Shown one piece after another: positions 1 through 11,522 of a stretch of 64,000 nt of DNA. Position numbers and translations under genes: made by a program. Origin of the DNA: Octopus vulgaris (Eukaryota); contig OX597817.1 of NCBI GenBank assembly GCA_951406725.2, positions 123,566,001 through 123,630,000 on the forward strand, written 5' to 3'. Every line of letters begins with the position of its first letter. Positions within the stretch are counted from its first letter, which is position 1. The notes beneath the pieces were generated by a model, which saw only the letters and a list, made by a program, of their open reading frames with translations, had not been told where the DNA came from and did not search any database.

Positions 1-443
1 CTGGCTTATAAGGGTGGAGCTGTAGTGGTATGGTATGCAGACCTTTACAAGGTTGAAGCTCTCCACCAACTTCAAGACATCTTTTTTGTTGCCCTCTGCC
101 ATCCAACCCCACACCTAACTGCCAACAGACTTTATCTTCCACCATTCACGACTTCATTTCCTCCTCCTGTCTTCCTCCCACTGCCTCTGACCTTATTGTC
201 TGTACCCCAATATCCTTCCCTGTACATTGGTCAAATGGGATCTGAGACATCAGACTTGGCAATAACACCCTGGTGTCATGCTACTTCCTCTTCACCAGTC
301 ATTCACTACAGCATCTATCTGTGTTTGGATTGTCTTTTCACAGAGTTCACCTGGACTCCCACCTTCACCATGAACAGAAATTAATCTTCTCCCTTCATTC
401 CTTTGCTTTTTATGGTCTCAATTCACTACTTCTCTTTATCTAA
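1..443 (+). mobile_element. Penelope-like element relic (pre-RT segment fused to GIY-YIG endonuclease C-terminus)
   Basis: Frame 1 reads LAYKGGAVVVWYADLYKVEALHQLQD, like the PLE ADKGGAVVVW..D.Y..EA..QL.D motif. It is followed by LYIGQMG (YIG box) and, in another frame, HHEQKLIFSLHSFAFYGLN, like the PLE terminal E..LIF.L.TL.P.GLN motif. Frameshifted. Confidence 0.7.
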
Positions 444-701
444 CACCAACTCCACACAGATTCCCATACACCTCCCACATTCAACTGCCCCTCCTCTCCA
501 CCCTAACTCACTGCCTAACTCAGCAACCACATCACACACATACCACTATACAAACACCCATACACACTGTTCAATTCAGTACTCACATCCCACACCACTA
601 CACCCACACACACCTTCCCACTCCAAACACATGCCACACACCATTATATGCACTCCCACTCCCATACACATGTATAAAATATATACATATATGTATATAT
701 A

Positions 702-1316
702 CAGGGTGTATAAGATATTTGAGGACAGATTTATGTTTATAAAAAAAAGACAGATATGTAATAACAAATAATAACTTTATTTATCAAAATATGCTATGAG
801 GATAAAAATAAACCTCCTTTTCTATAAATGTTATTCAATAAAGCCACCTTCTGCTTCAACAACTGCTTCTATATGAAATCTACATCATCTATATACTTGA
901 ATCCAGTGGTCCTGGTTCATTTTGGACATTACTCTGACTATGGCAGCCTTCAAAGAATATTTGGTGCTATGGGCATGTTCATTGATCTCTCTCTTAACAA
1001 TGCTTCACATGTAATAGTCCAATAGATTGAGATCTGGTAAATTAGGAAGCCAAACGATAGGGGTTATGTGATAATGAGAATTTTCAGCCATCCAATCCTG
1101 TGTTACTAGAGCGATCTGTGATAGTGCAGAGTCTTACTGAAACACATATGGCTTCCCATTGCATACACTGTGTATCCAGAGTTTAATAGTTATTTCCAAG
1201 ACCTCAATGTAGGTCGCAGATTTAACTCTAAGGCATTGTAGAAAGACGTAAGGATGCACCACATGTCCTTCATTGCTGACAAACTCTAAAACCATGACAA
1301 TTGCAGGAAATTTTGT
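702..1316 (-). mobile_element. Tc1/mariner transposase 3' half, maT/DD37D-like, with terminal TA-CAGGGTG TIR end
   Basis: Minus strand reads TKFPAIVMVLEFVSNEGHV...YVFQ*DSA...WLPNLPDLNLLDYY...VVEAEGGFIE*. CAGGGTG at 702 follows TA. Confidence 0.8.
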
Positions 1317-1325
1317 ATATATATC

Positions 1326-1651
1326 TCGTGCTGGTGGCACATAAAAAGCACCATCCGTTCGTGGCCATTGCCAGCCTCGCCTGGCCCCTGTGCCAGTGGC
1401 ACGTAAAAAACACCATCTGATCATGGCCGTTTGCCAGCCACGCCTGGCACCTGTGCCGGTGGCACGTAAAAAGCACCCACTACACTCACGGAGTGGTTGG
1501 CATTAGGAAGGGCATCCAGCCGTAGAAACATTGCCAGATCAGACTGGGCCTGGTGCAGCCTACTGGCTTCCAAGACCCCAGTTGAACCGTCCAACCCATG
1601 CTAGCATGGAAAGTGGACGCTTAACGATGATGATGATGATGATGATGATGA
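1326..1651 (+). mobile_element. SINE-like family C, young copy (tandem 62-63 bp head units, GGAAGGGCATCC core, (GAT)n tail)
   Basis: Near-identical inverted copy at 41430-41740; many degenerate copies elsewhere in the window; (GAT)n tail. Confidence 0.85.
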
Positions 1652-1669
1652 TATACACACAGACACAAC

Positions 1670-1858
1670 ACTGCTTCACAGCCAGTACTGGTGTGTTTAT
1701 GTCCCTGTAACTCAGCAGTTCAGCAAAAGACACTGATAGAATAGACACCAGGCTTTTAAGTACAAATAAATACTGGGCTCGATGCATTCAACTCATAATT
1801 ATTCAAGGTGGTGCCCCAGCATGGCCACAGTTTAATGACTTAAACAAGTAAAGGCTAA
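1670..1858 (+). mobile_element. SINE family A 3' half
   Basis: Matches the 3' half of 13796-14214 (ctggtgtgtttatgtccc...ggtgccccagcatggccacag...aaacaagtaaa). Confidence 0.75.
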
Positions 1859-2269
1859 GATATATGCATATACATATGTATATGTTTTGTAACGTTTATC
1901 ATCATCATTTAATGAAAGCAGGCATTAAATGATAACAGTACTGACAACGATGACAACAGAGATGATGATGATGATGATGATGATGACAGTTTACATTACA
2001 AGATAAATATGTTGAGTGAAAGAAGAACCCTTCCTTCATTTTTCTTGCCTTACCTGGCATCATTTCTTTCTTATTCCTCCTCTATGTTCTTTCAATTTAC
2101 TCTTTTCCAACTCACGTATACAACTACACATACATTTCTATCTTCCACCCTTCTTTTCTTTTTCCTTCTTCTTTTTCATCTTTTTCTTCTTTACTTTGGC
2201 CTTCTTCTTTCTCTTTTACATTCCAACCTCTTGTCTTTTACCACCTTCTAAGAAGCTAATGATGAAAAA

Positions 2270-2315
2270 GAAATCTATATGTTTGTATACAAACATGCAT
2301 ACATACATATATGTG

Positions 2316-2355
<40 letters not shown>

Positions 2356-2912
2356 TATGAATTGATATTATTACAAACATATGTATAGACTGTGAGTGTG
2401 TATGTGTAGTATATATATATATATATATAAATACACATAGATACATATATATATATGTATGTAATATATATGTACTGTATACATATGTACCGCATATATA
2501 TATATATATATAAATATATATATACATACATGTGTGTATGAGGGTGTGTGTGCATGTGCGTGTGAAGAACAATAACAAGAGGAGCAAAATACAAACACAA
2601 AAGAGAATAAAAAAAACATGCGTATAGCCATATGCATGTTTAGCCAAAAAGCCGTGATTGCCAGCCACCCCTACTTTCAACGATTGCCACTATCAAAGGT
2701 TTCAGCAAGGGAAAGGTTGTGTCGAGAGAAGGATTTATTAAGATGTGCATTACATATCTTAGCTAGGAAGTCTTATCTGTTTACTTTTCCTTTCAAATAG
2801 GCTCTTATTTATTGCATGTATATCTGTGATATCAGTTTGTGCAATCAGACTTTAGTTTATGTGAGAGGTATGCATGTATATATATATATATACACACACA
2901 TATATTTATACA

Positions 2913-2950
<38 letters not shown>

Positions 2951-3233
2951 AATACATATATATATTTATATGCACACATATATATACATACTCATATATA
3001 CATATACACATGCATATGTGTGTGTGTATGTGTGTATGTGTGTGTGTGTGTGCATAGATAACTATCTCTATATACATATACCTATATACATGCATTTATA
3101 TATATGTGCCTCTCTGAGCATTAATATATATATAAACATATATATTGACACCCAGATACATATGTATATAGCATGTGCATGTTTGTGTGTATTTATGTGT
3201 TTGTGTACATACACACACACACACACACATATA

Positions 3234-3265
<32 letters not shown>

Positions 3266-3360
3266 CGTATATATATATATGTATGTATGTATATATTCGT
3301 ATATACACATATATATTTACACATATTTATGTATGTATTTGTATATGTGTGTGTGAATTC
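2270..3360. repeat. (TA)n/(TG)n/(CA)n compound microsatellite field (similar fields near 17500, 18850, 23000, 25720, 28220, 35360, 37250, 39330, 40650, 54470, 63420)
   Basis: Seen directly; source of the YI/CV-repeat ORFs. Confidence 0.95.
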
Positions 3361-3724
3361 ACATATGTATCAGGGATAATTTAAATTGCATGGTTGTTTT
3401 TCTGTGTGCGTTAACTGAAAGAAGAGAAGGAAAGAAAAACAGAAAGAAAGAAAGAAAGAAAGAATGAAAGAAAATGGGAGAGCAGCAGAAACATAAAAAA
3501 CACAGTGAAGAAAAAGTTTTAAAGTACGTATGTGAAGTAGAGGGAGACGGAGAGAGTGAGAGAGAAAGAAGAGGCAGAGGGAGAAAAAGGGAGAAATAGA
3601 TCACAAAAAGATAAAGGTTGACATGCATAGATATATACATACTTATATGTTTATACACGCATAAATATACATATAACCACGTCTATGTATGTATATATGT
3701 GAGTATGTTTTATTTGTGTGCGTG

Positions 3725-3860
3725 AGTGTGTGTGTCTATATAGAAAAATGCACAAGACTTGAAAACACTGTTATAACACAAATTTCAAACATCTTTTCTG
3801 CTGATACTTAGTTCCAAGTGTTCTAAGCATCGCTCTCCTGATTAATTTGAAACATCATGC
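3725..3860 (+). repeat. Local duplication, block A copy 1 (copy 2 at 7100-7237)
   Basis: Both copies read ctatatagaaaaatgcacaagacttgaaaac...gttccaagtgttctaagcatc...tgaaacatcatgc. Confidence 0.85.
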
Positions 3861-3879
3861 CTAAGATGGCAAGAAATGT

Positions 3880-4600
3880 CACTGGCTTTACCAATCAGAA
3901 TGCTGCATTCTTGAATCTATATTCTTTCCTTATAACTGTTTGCAATGCATTTCCTGATCTTCCTCTAGACATTGCTGGTGCTCATATCAGACACTATTTG
4001 ATGGGGAAATATTTGACGTACCCAGATTTCAAGCTTGTCCATTTAATAACATTTAATGCATCTCATAACTTCAATAAGCAATTGACAATGCAGCTTTCTG
4101 CTACATCAGTCTATAACTTTACTGATGCATGGGATGAATTAGCAAAGAATATCAAGAAGTTTAAAATCTTTGCCTACTCTGCTCCAAAGACCAGTCTTTG
4201 AGATCTCAACATCACCATTTCTCATATAACTTTTGAACAAGTTAATTGCTTTCTCTTTCTAGGAACCTTTTTTCTCCAAGAAATTTACTTCTGACAAAGA
4301 TGTGAAACATAGAAATAGATTTGTCCATTCAGCACTTGGAAAACTTGTAAACAAGTCTTACAAGCAAAGATATAACCCAAATATAACACTGATAGTTTAT
4401 CAGCTGAGGTCATCTCAATATGCACACTTTAATATCAGGATAACAAAAAAATTGGAGTGTTTCTATTAACACAATCTTTTCTCAATCACTAACATGAAAT
4501 AGGAGGACTACATAACCAAAGATGCTACCTTAGAGAAACTTAGGTTATTAGAAGGAAAGAATAGAGTTTTCTTGGTCAAGTCTCTTCATTGAATTAACTA
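3880..4600 (+). mobile_element. Old RTE-clade LINE RT relic
   Basis: Translated pieces AFPDLPLDIAGAHIRH and ITISHITFEQVNCFLFLGT...DKDVKHRNRFVHSALGKL resemble RTE LE.V..F.YLGS...D.EI..RI..A..AFG.L. Heavily degenerate. Confidence 0.55.
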
Positions 4601-4995
4601 TCCTGAAAAATATGTCTTCTACACTGTTACAAAATAAGTCAACACATAAAATCAACCAGATTTGGTAAAAATAAATAAATACATAAATAACTGGGAAACT
4701 AAACGCCAATACCATTCAAACTGACATTACTCTGTCACCACTAGAACTTATATTTTTGAAGTAAAAAGAAATGCACTGAAAATGCATAGTAAATGCATAA
4801 AAAGTGCATAGTAAATGCATGGAAAATGCATATAACAACAACCATGCCTTCCAATAGCTCTAAATTGATGTCTTTCTTCCTGCCTGTTTTGCTTGAGAAT
4901 TGGATTTCTCAGTCATCAATGCCATCAAAATTGAGGAACCACTCAATCAGGAAGAAATTAAAATAGAAATGAGCAAATAATTAACTGTTTGTTGC

Positions 4996-5026
<31 letters not shown>

Positions 5027-6386
5027 AGTGTCGAAGTATATCACTTGACCTAGTTTGCATACATGAAGCTGATAACATCATAAGACTTGGTAGGCAGCTC
5101 CTTGAGCAGCACTCTTTGTCTGATACATATCCAAATAAGTCGTATGACTCTACCACAACATATTATCAGATGAAAGGATGAGCCTATATGAGCAGAAGAC
5201 TATGCATGGATATGTTACTAGAAAGCTCCATGATGATAGCAACATTGAACATCAAAGCAGTTTAACATGGACCAACAGCCGGATTACTACCTCCCACTTT
5301 GAAGGGTATGCGTTTGCAATCCAGGAACAGGAAATATCAACCAAGTACCTGATGCACAAAACGATAGAGATGCAGGTAAAGCCGTAAAGAGTGACAACCA
5401 ATGCAGACTTTGTTAAGTTCACACTGAAGATATTACCCACATCATAAGCAGTTGTCCGAAAATGTCATCACAGTTTTATCTACCGATGAGACATGTCTTT
5501 GTAGCTAGGACACTCTATAGTGCAATCCATCAGAATGATAATCTCAAGAACAAAGAAATAAAAACCTACAGTATGGTAGAAGCCATAGCTACTCATAATA
5601 CAAAGGAATACTTTTGGAATGTCTCGGTGAAGACCTCAATAAAATGTAAGCCTAACAGACCTGATGTGATTTGAGATAGAGAAAAGAAACTGTGCACAGT
5701 TGTAGAAATTAGCTGCCCACCAGATGCTAACATAAAGGTGAAGATCAGTGAAAAAGAGAACACCTATGCTGAACTACTGAAAGATCTGCAGTTACTCTAT
5801 CCAGATTACAAGTTCAGGTTTATACCTGTAATTATTAGGGCTTGGGATATGTAACATACTACCTAAATACCGATCTTGAGAAATTGGGCTTCTAAAAACC
5901 ATAAAGGAGAAAGCTAATTTGAAGACTACAGATCCAATCTATCACTGGAACTGTAAAAATCTGTAAAACTTTCCAGAAGTTTATCATTTAAATATATTTG
6001 AGCATGTCTAGATATGTAACTATATGTATGATAATGCATACATAAAAACATACAAATCTGCACATGCATACATACACGCACACATACATACAAATCTGCA
6101 CATGCATACATACACGCACACATACATACATACACGCACACATACATACATACATACATACATACATACATACATACATACATACATACATGCATACATA
6201 CATTCATACATACATACATGCATACATACATACATACATACATACATACATACATACATACATACATACATACATACATACATACATACAAAAATATCCT
6301 GCTGATCTTGGATCTAGGTTAGAAACCAGTTCTTTCTCTATTGGCAAGAAATATTGGCAAGAAATCTTGAAATAAACTGAATAATG
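5027..6386 (+). mobile_element. 5'-truncated R4/Dong-clade LINE (CCHC knuckle + RLE endonuclease + 3'UTR) flanked by (CATA)n
   Basis: FAIQEQEISTK, CRLC..HTEDITHIISSCP, RHVFVA, NRPDVI, EISCP, EKENTY and FIPVII motifs; (CATA)n at 5001-5026 and from 6388. Confidence 0.85.
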
Positions 6387-6892
6387 ACATACATACATAT
6401 ATACATGTTGTTTATCTCAGTACCGTATATATCATGTAGCCTCATGTTAAAGCTCTGCATATTCTGACTTATAGTTAATTATTTGTTGTGTACTATGTGG
6501 TTATATGCTTCTTACAAGGCCTATTAGTCTTTACTTTTTTCCCTTCTTCACTTGCTCAGCACTTCATAGCAAAAAACCTTTATATACAACTGACAGCTAT
6601 AATAACTGGACTTTTATCCTCCATCTTTACCCCATGCCATTTGTTTTTGCACCCTAAACAGGTTACAGCCCCTGTACGGATCTGTGCTTTTCAGAAGGCA
6701 GTGGAACTTTTAAGTTCAGCTTAACTACATATTTCCTCTCATCATTTCTACACTGGTCAACAACCATATTACAATACAAAAGTGACAATGAGTCAAGTAC
6801 CAACATGATGCTGAGACTCTTACTAGGATATCTATGTTTTCCTTTTTATTTTTTTAATTATATCTTAGCCTAAGTGTATTCCTTAGAATTTC

Positions 6893-7352
6893 ACTCTGTT
6901 GTAATTGCTAATCTTTGGTTAGAAATACCAGGCAAACACACCTGTAGGCTTTACACATAGGACGGTGAGTTGGTTTTCTGAGCCTAATTGAAAGCCGTGA
7001 TACAACCATGCATATTTATGTATATATGTGAATATATTATTTTGCATATTCATATATATATGTATGATTTTTGTCTGTATTTGTGTGTGTCTTTTTGCAT
7101 GTGTGTGTGTCTATATAGAAAAATGCACAAGACTTGAAAACGCTGTTATAACAGACACATTTCAAACATCTTTTTTGCTAGAGTTTAGTTCCAAGTGTTC
7201 TAAGCATCACTCACTTGACCATTTTGAAACATCATGCATCCCTCTGCTGTAATTTTCAATCTCTTGTTATGAAAACCAGGTAAACACTCCAATAGGTTTT
7301 ACTGTATAAGAATGGCTAATTGCTGTCCTGAACACAACTGAAAGCCGTGGTA
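6893..7352 (+). repeat. B-A-B local tandem duplication (B 6893-7001, A 7100-7237, B 7242-7352)
   Basis: Both B blocks read ctctg.tgtaatt...accagg.aaacac.c...tagg.ttta...tgaaagccgtg. Confidence 0.7.
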
Positions 7353-8016
7353 TTTCTTAGGGTACACAAACAGTTAATTTCTTCTTTTCCAATTCTTGTA
7401 TATACTGCTCAAACAAGTAAGAACTGAGTCACCTAACTTATCTTTATCTGACAATCGCTTTTTCTTTGAGTTTGCCCATGTCAATTCTCTATCACCCTGT
7501 CATTCCCAAATGTTTTGTTCCTTTATTTCCCTTGGTGCAGTAAAAATGCTTCTTTGACTCTCATTGTTGTCATTAACAAAAGAATCACAAGTGTTGTTCA
7601 TACTTGTGGTATTTTTAATGGCATTGTCATTACTTATCTTTTGCATTTGATGTGTGTATTCCGATGGTCAATATTTTGTACTCCTTTCATATGTATGTTC
7701 TATGATTTTAATTCATTTTATGGCCGGTATGACTGGGAATTTTCATAGCATGCAATTTTTGTGTAAATAAAAGAGAAATTGTATAAAAATGTGTCTAAAT
7801 TTGTATAAGTAAACTTTAAAAAAAATCTTTGAAGCATTTGTGTATGACTAAGTTTTTTAAAAAAAGACTATATTCCATGCTATTGAACTAAAAACAGCTA
7901 AAAAAACATCCATTTTGGTTAGTAGTAAATAATGATACTAGTACTACTACTACTGCTACTGCTGCTGCTGCTGCCACCGATGATACTATTAACAACAAAA
8001 ACAACAACAACAACAA

Positions 8017-9280
8017 TAAATGCCCTGATGCAATGCCAGGTAGTGGCTCTCATGGCTGCTGATCTTAATTGATTGGAAGTGTTATCATGTGCTTGTTTTG
8101 TCTTTGTGTAAAAGATGGACTGCAACAAATATTCTGCTCAATGCCACAGATTTGCTTGTCATTTGTTTGACTTTAACCATTTGACCATGTCCCTTGGTGG
8201 CTGACAATGTGTGCATCTCTGATCATGAACAAGAGTAGTGGGGAAGCATCATAGCCATGTGTTGAGAGGAATTCTTTCAGGTTTGAATAATTCACCTCTG
8301 GAAACATGGGTATTTTGTTCCAGGACTATTTCTGTAGTGTGCCAACAAATGGTAACACATGCTTCCATACACAGTGGGAGTTAGCAGTGACCTTCATGAG
8401 GCAGTGTACCAAGTGACATTGCTGTGTTTACTTCACAAGTTATGAAATTTATATTTTAGTGATCACATGTATGCTGTAGTCTACGATTTTGTCATGGATA
8501 GGAACACAAAAATAAACATTGTGAAATTTTGTGTTAAATTTGGGAAGTGTGCTTGAGAGACATTGAGTAAGCTTCAGCAAGCTTACAACAATGAAGCAAT
8601 GGGTTGTATGTGAAGCACCTATGCCACTCGAAACATTGCAATGTTTTGAGTGGCATGAGTACTTCAAAAGTGGAAGAACGTACTTGGAAGATGATGAGTG
8701 ATCTGGAAGACTTGCCATGAGCACCACCGTTCAGAAATGCGGTACTGTGCATTGAGAATTCATCCCAGAACATTATTCAAGACTTCTACTGTGAGATTTT
8801 GAAGTGTCTGAGGGAGGATATTTGTCAAAAACAACTCGATCTGTTGAGCATGAAGAATTGGATTCTTCACTGAGGTCAACTTGCTCATGAGCTTCTCATA
8901 GAAAATGACATGTTACCACTTCTGCACCTGCCCTATTCGCCAGATTTATCCCCTGTGGACTTCCATCTCTTTTCCAAGATGAAAATGCAGCTCAAAGGTC
9001 TCTGCTTTAAGACCATTGTCGAAATCCAGTGCGAATTGCAGAAGGTCCTTGACTTGCTTACAGATAACAACCTCCAGGCTGGATTCCAAAAGTGGTAGGA
9101 ATGCTGGGACTGGTGCACTGTTGTGCAAAGTGACTATTTCGAAGAAGATGTTAAAACTTAGGTAAATAGGTTATTTTCTATTAAGCATAATTAGTCTGGT
9201 AACCTTTTGATACCACTTTGTATATTAGGCTTCATATACCCCAGTGTCACTTTGATGGGACATGCTGCTCTCTTGCTCAA
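8017..9280 (+). mobile_element. Non-coding repeat family F, split by a mariner insertion (parts 8017-8317 and 9223-9280)
   Basis: Both parts align to a second copy at 10035-10274 (catcatagccatg.g..gag..gaattcttt; ccccagtgtcactttgatgg). Begins after (CAA)n and ends at (TAA)n. Confidence 0.7.
8318..9222 (+). mobile_element. mariner (DD34D) relic, internally deleted
   Basis: IVKFCVKFGK..ETL...QCFEWH.YFKSGR..LEDDE.SGR (HTH region) and PYSPDLSPVDFHLF...W..C....DYFE. 3' TIR ends ...gataccactttgTA; only the inner part of the 5' TIR survives. Confidence 0.85.
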
Positions 9281-9288
9281 AAATAACG

Positions 9289-9349
<61 letters not shown>

Positions 9350-9355
9350 TAATAA

Positions 9356-9795
9356 CCAATCGATATAAACATATCTGTCAAGACCTACCAAAAACTGAGC
9401 AAATATAATGATCTTGAAATAGAAATCAGCAAAATGTGGAACCTGAAGACTAAAACAATACCTGTTGTCATAGGTGCCTTGGGAATGATAGAAAAAGGGC
9501 CTGATTGCTACCTAACTCAGACACCAGGAAACCCAAAAATGGCAGAAATTCAAAAGATAGTGTTCATGGGAACTGCTCATATCCTACGCAAAATACTTTC
9601 TCTGTAATCTCAAGTTTTAAAACTAGCATAATTTTCTTATGGTTTCTTAAGCATTCACTAGTACAACACTGCAAAACCAAATATATTGCACCCTAGGCAT
9701 AACACCAACATGAACTTCCAACTTGTTGTCTCTTGAGGTCTCTGGGTGAGACTTGGAGCCAACTTGTACAAATGTAAAGCATAAGTCAAACATAG
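9356..9795 (+). mobile_element. Dong/R4 LINE 3' fragment in (TAA)n
   Basis: QKLSKYNDLEIEISKMWNLKTKTIPVVIGALG...GTAHILRKILS* plus 3'UTR; (TAA)n on both sides. Confidence 0.85.
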
Positions 9796-9802
9796 AATGA
9801 TG

Positions 9803-9873
<71 letters not shown>

Positions 9874-10035
9874 TGAAGACTAAAGCAATACCTGTTGTAA
9901 GAGGTGCCTTAGGAATGATAGCAAAAGGGGCTGATTGCTAACTAGCTCAGATACCAGGAAACCCCAAAATGGCAGAAATTCAAAAGATAGTGCTCAAGGG
10001 AACTGCCCATATCCTACATAAAATACTGTCTATGT
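9874..10035 (+). mobile_element. Second Dong/R4 3' fragment, fused to family F
   Basis: Same sequence as 9445-9605; starts after (TAA)n. Confidence 0.8.
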
Positions 10036-10274
10036 TGAGCATGTTCTTTAGTGGTTGATGTTATGTGCATATCTGATCGTGAGCAGAAGTAGTGGGGGCA
10101 CATCATAGCCATGAGTGGAGAAGAATTCTTTGGGGCTTGGATAATTTGCAAACATATGGTTGTGATGCATGTGCCTGGTGTACCCTTATCAGAAAGGTAG
10201 TCATGGTGGGTATACTGGGCTTCGTATATTTTACCCCAGTGTCACTTTGATGGCATGCACTACTTTCTCACTCA
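10035..10274 (+). mobile_element. Family F copy with structured 3' end and (TAA)n tail
   Basis: Homologous to 8180-8290 and 9223-9280. Confidence 0.7.
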
Positions 10275-10326
10275 TTAATAATAATAATATCATTATAATG
10301 ATGATGATGATAATAATAATAATAAT

Positions 10327-10544
10327 ACTGGAAGTAAAGATATAGATAAATGATTGAATGAAATTGGAATAGAATGATCTGTAGTGCTTCTAAGGAAAGC
10401 TTGCCTCTTAGGGACAGGAAAGATTATCAGAAGGGTCTTAAGCACTTCAGAAACTATTGAAAGTTTGTGGATGCCTAAGGTTACAGGTTATAACCTGCTA
10501 CCACATATATTCTACCAGGAATAAGAATGAACCTGAGTTAAACC
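10327..10544 (+). mobile_element. Different Dong/R4 subfamily, extreme 3' end, in (TAA)n
   Basis: LLRKACLLGTGKIIRRVLST resembles the Dong C-terminal LQK..LLGTA.I.R.VL motif; TAA repeats on both sides. Confidence 0.7.
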
Positions 10545-10560
10545 AATAGTAATAATAATA

Positions 10561-11050
10561 TTCCTTTCTACGACCCCAGTATGCAACTGGTACTTAATTT
10601 ATCGACCCTGAAAGGACGAAAATTTGACTTTGGCGGAATTTGAACTCAGAACGTAAAAAAAGACAAAATACCGCTAAGCATTTTTCCCAGCATGCTAACA
10701 TTTCTGCCATGACCCTAATACACAACTGGTACTTATTTCCTCGACCTCAATAGGATAGAAGACAAAGGTGACCTTGGTGTAATTTAAACTCAGAAGATAA
10801 AGACAGAAAATATCACTAAGCACTTTGTCCAGTGCCCAAATGCATTTGTCATCTCACCATCTTGATGACAATAGTAACAATAATTTGAATATGATGCCAC
10901 AGATTTGAAGTGGAAGGATTGCTTAATTAAACAGAACTGGAAAGAATGGAAAGTAAAGTCATCGTTGGTTTGATTTGAACTCAGAACATAGATGACTGTG
11001 ACTAAATTCTGCAAGATATTTTGTCTGATGCTCTAATGATTCTGCTAATG
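10561..11050 (-). mobile_element. Three SINE family B fragments
   Basis: Repeated aactggtactta...tttgaactcagaa...ctaagcatttt motifs. Confidence 0.7.
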
Positions 11051-11522
11051 TAAGGTAAAATATTTCTATATCTCCCTCCAGTTAAAATTTGTTAAGAGAT
11101 GTTGATGATAAGTCCTAACACCTTCTGTACATCTCACATGTCATTAGGTCTGGTGTTTTGAGCTGTCAACAGAGCTAAATTAGCTGAAGTGATTTGTCAT
11201 TTCGTGGATTTTCTTTTGTCTTTGTATGCATGTATAGAGTTACTTGAGGTCAGCTTTGACAAATGATTTATATAGGTTGATAACATTGGCTTGGTTTACA
11301 AGTTACAAAATCGATAAAAGTCCTTTTGATGATTTCCAGAAGCTGATTTACGATATTGACTTATTGACCAATGAGAGGATTTGAAATTTCAAGTCTTGTA
11401 AGTTGTCAGATTCGAAAACAAATTTTTCTTTTGTTTCTGTAATTATTATTGTCCACAAAGAGAGAAGTAGGTTGGAAGAAACAATAGACTAAAGTACCCA
11501 ATAATAACATTACTTTCACCGA

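Noticed and set aside
2618-2800. 60-aa ORF in unique sequence between microsatellites
   Set aside because: No recognisable domain or convincing splice sites; coding status cannot be supported.
2216-3384. Numerous 60-170 aa ORFs rich in YI/CV/HT (also near 6000, 25700, 28200, 35400, 40600, 54500)
   Set aside because: They are translations of (TA)n, (TG)n and (CATA)n microsatellites, which lack stop codons.
4770-4832. ~11-bp aaatgca tandem repeat; similar small duplications at 6339-6365 and 38670-38765, and a 23-bp palindrome at 16111-16133
   Set aside because: Ordinary slippage products with no further signal.
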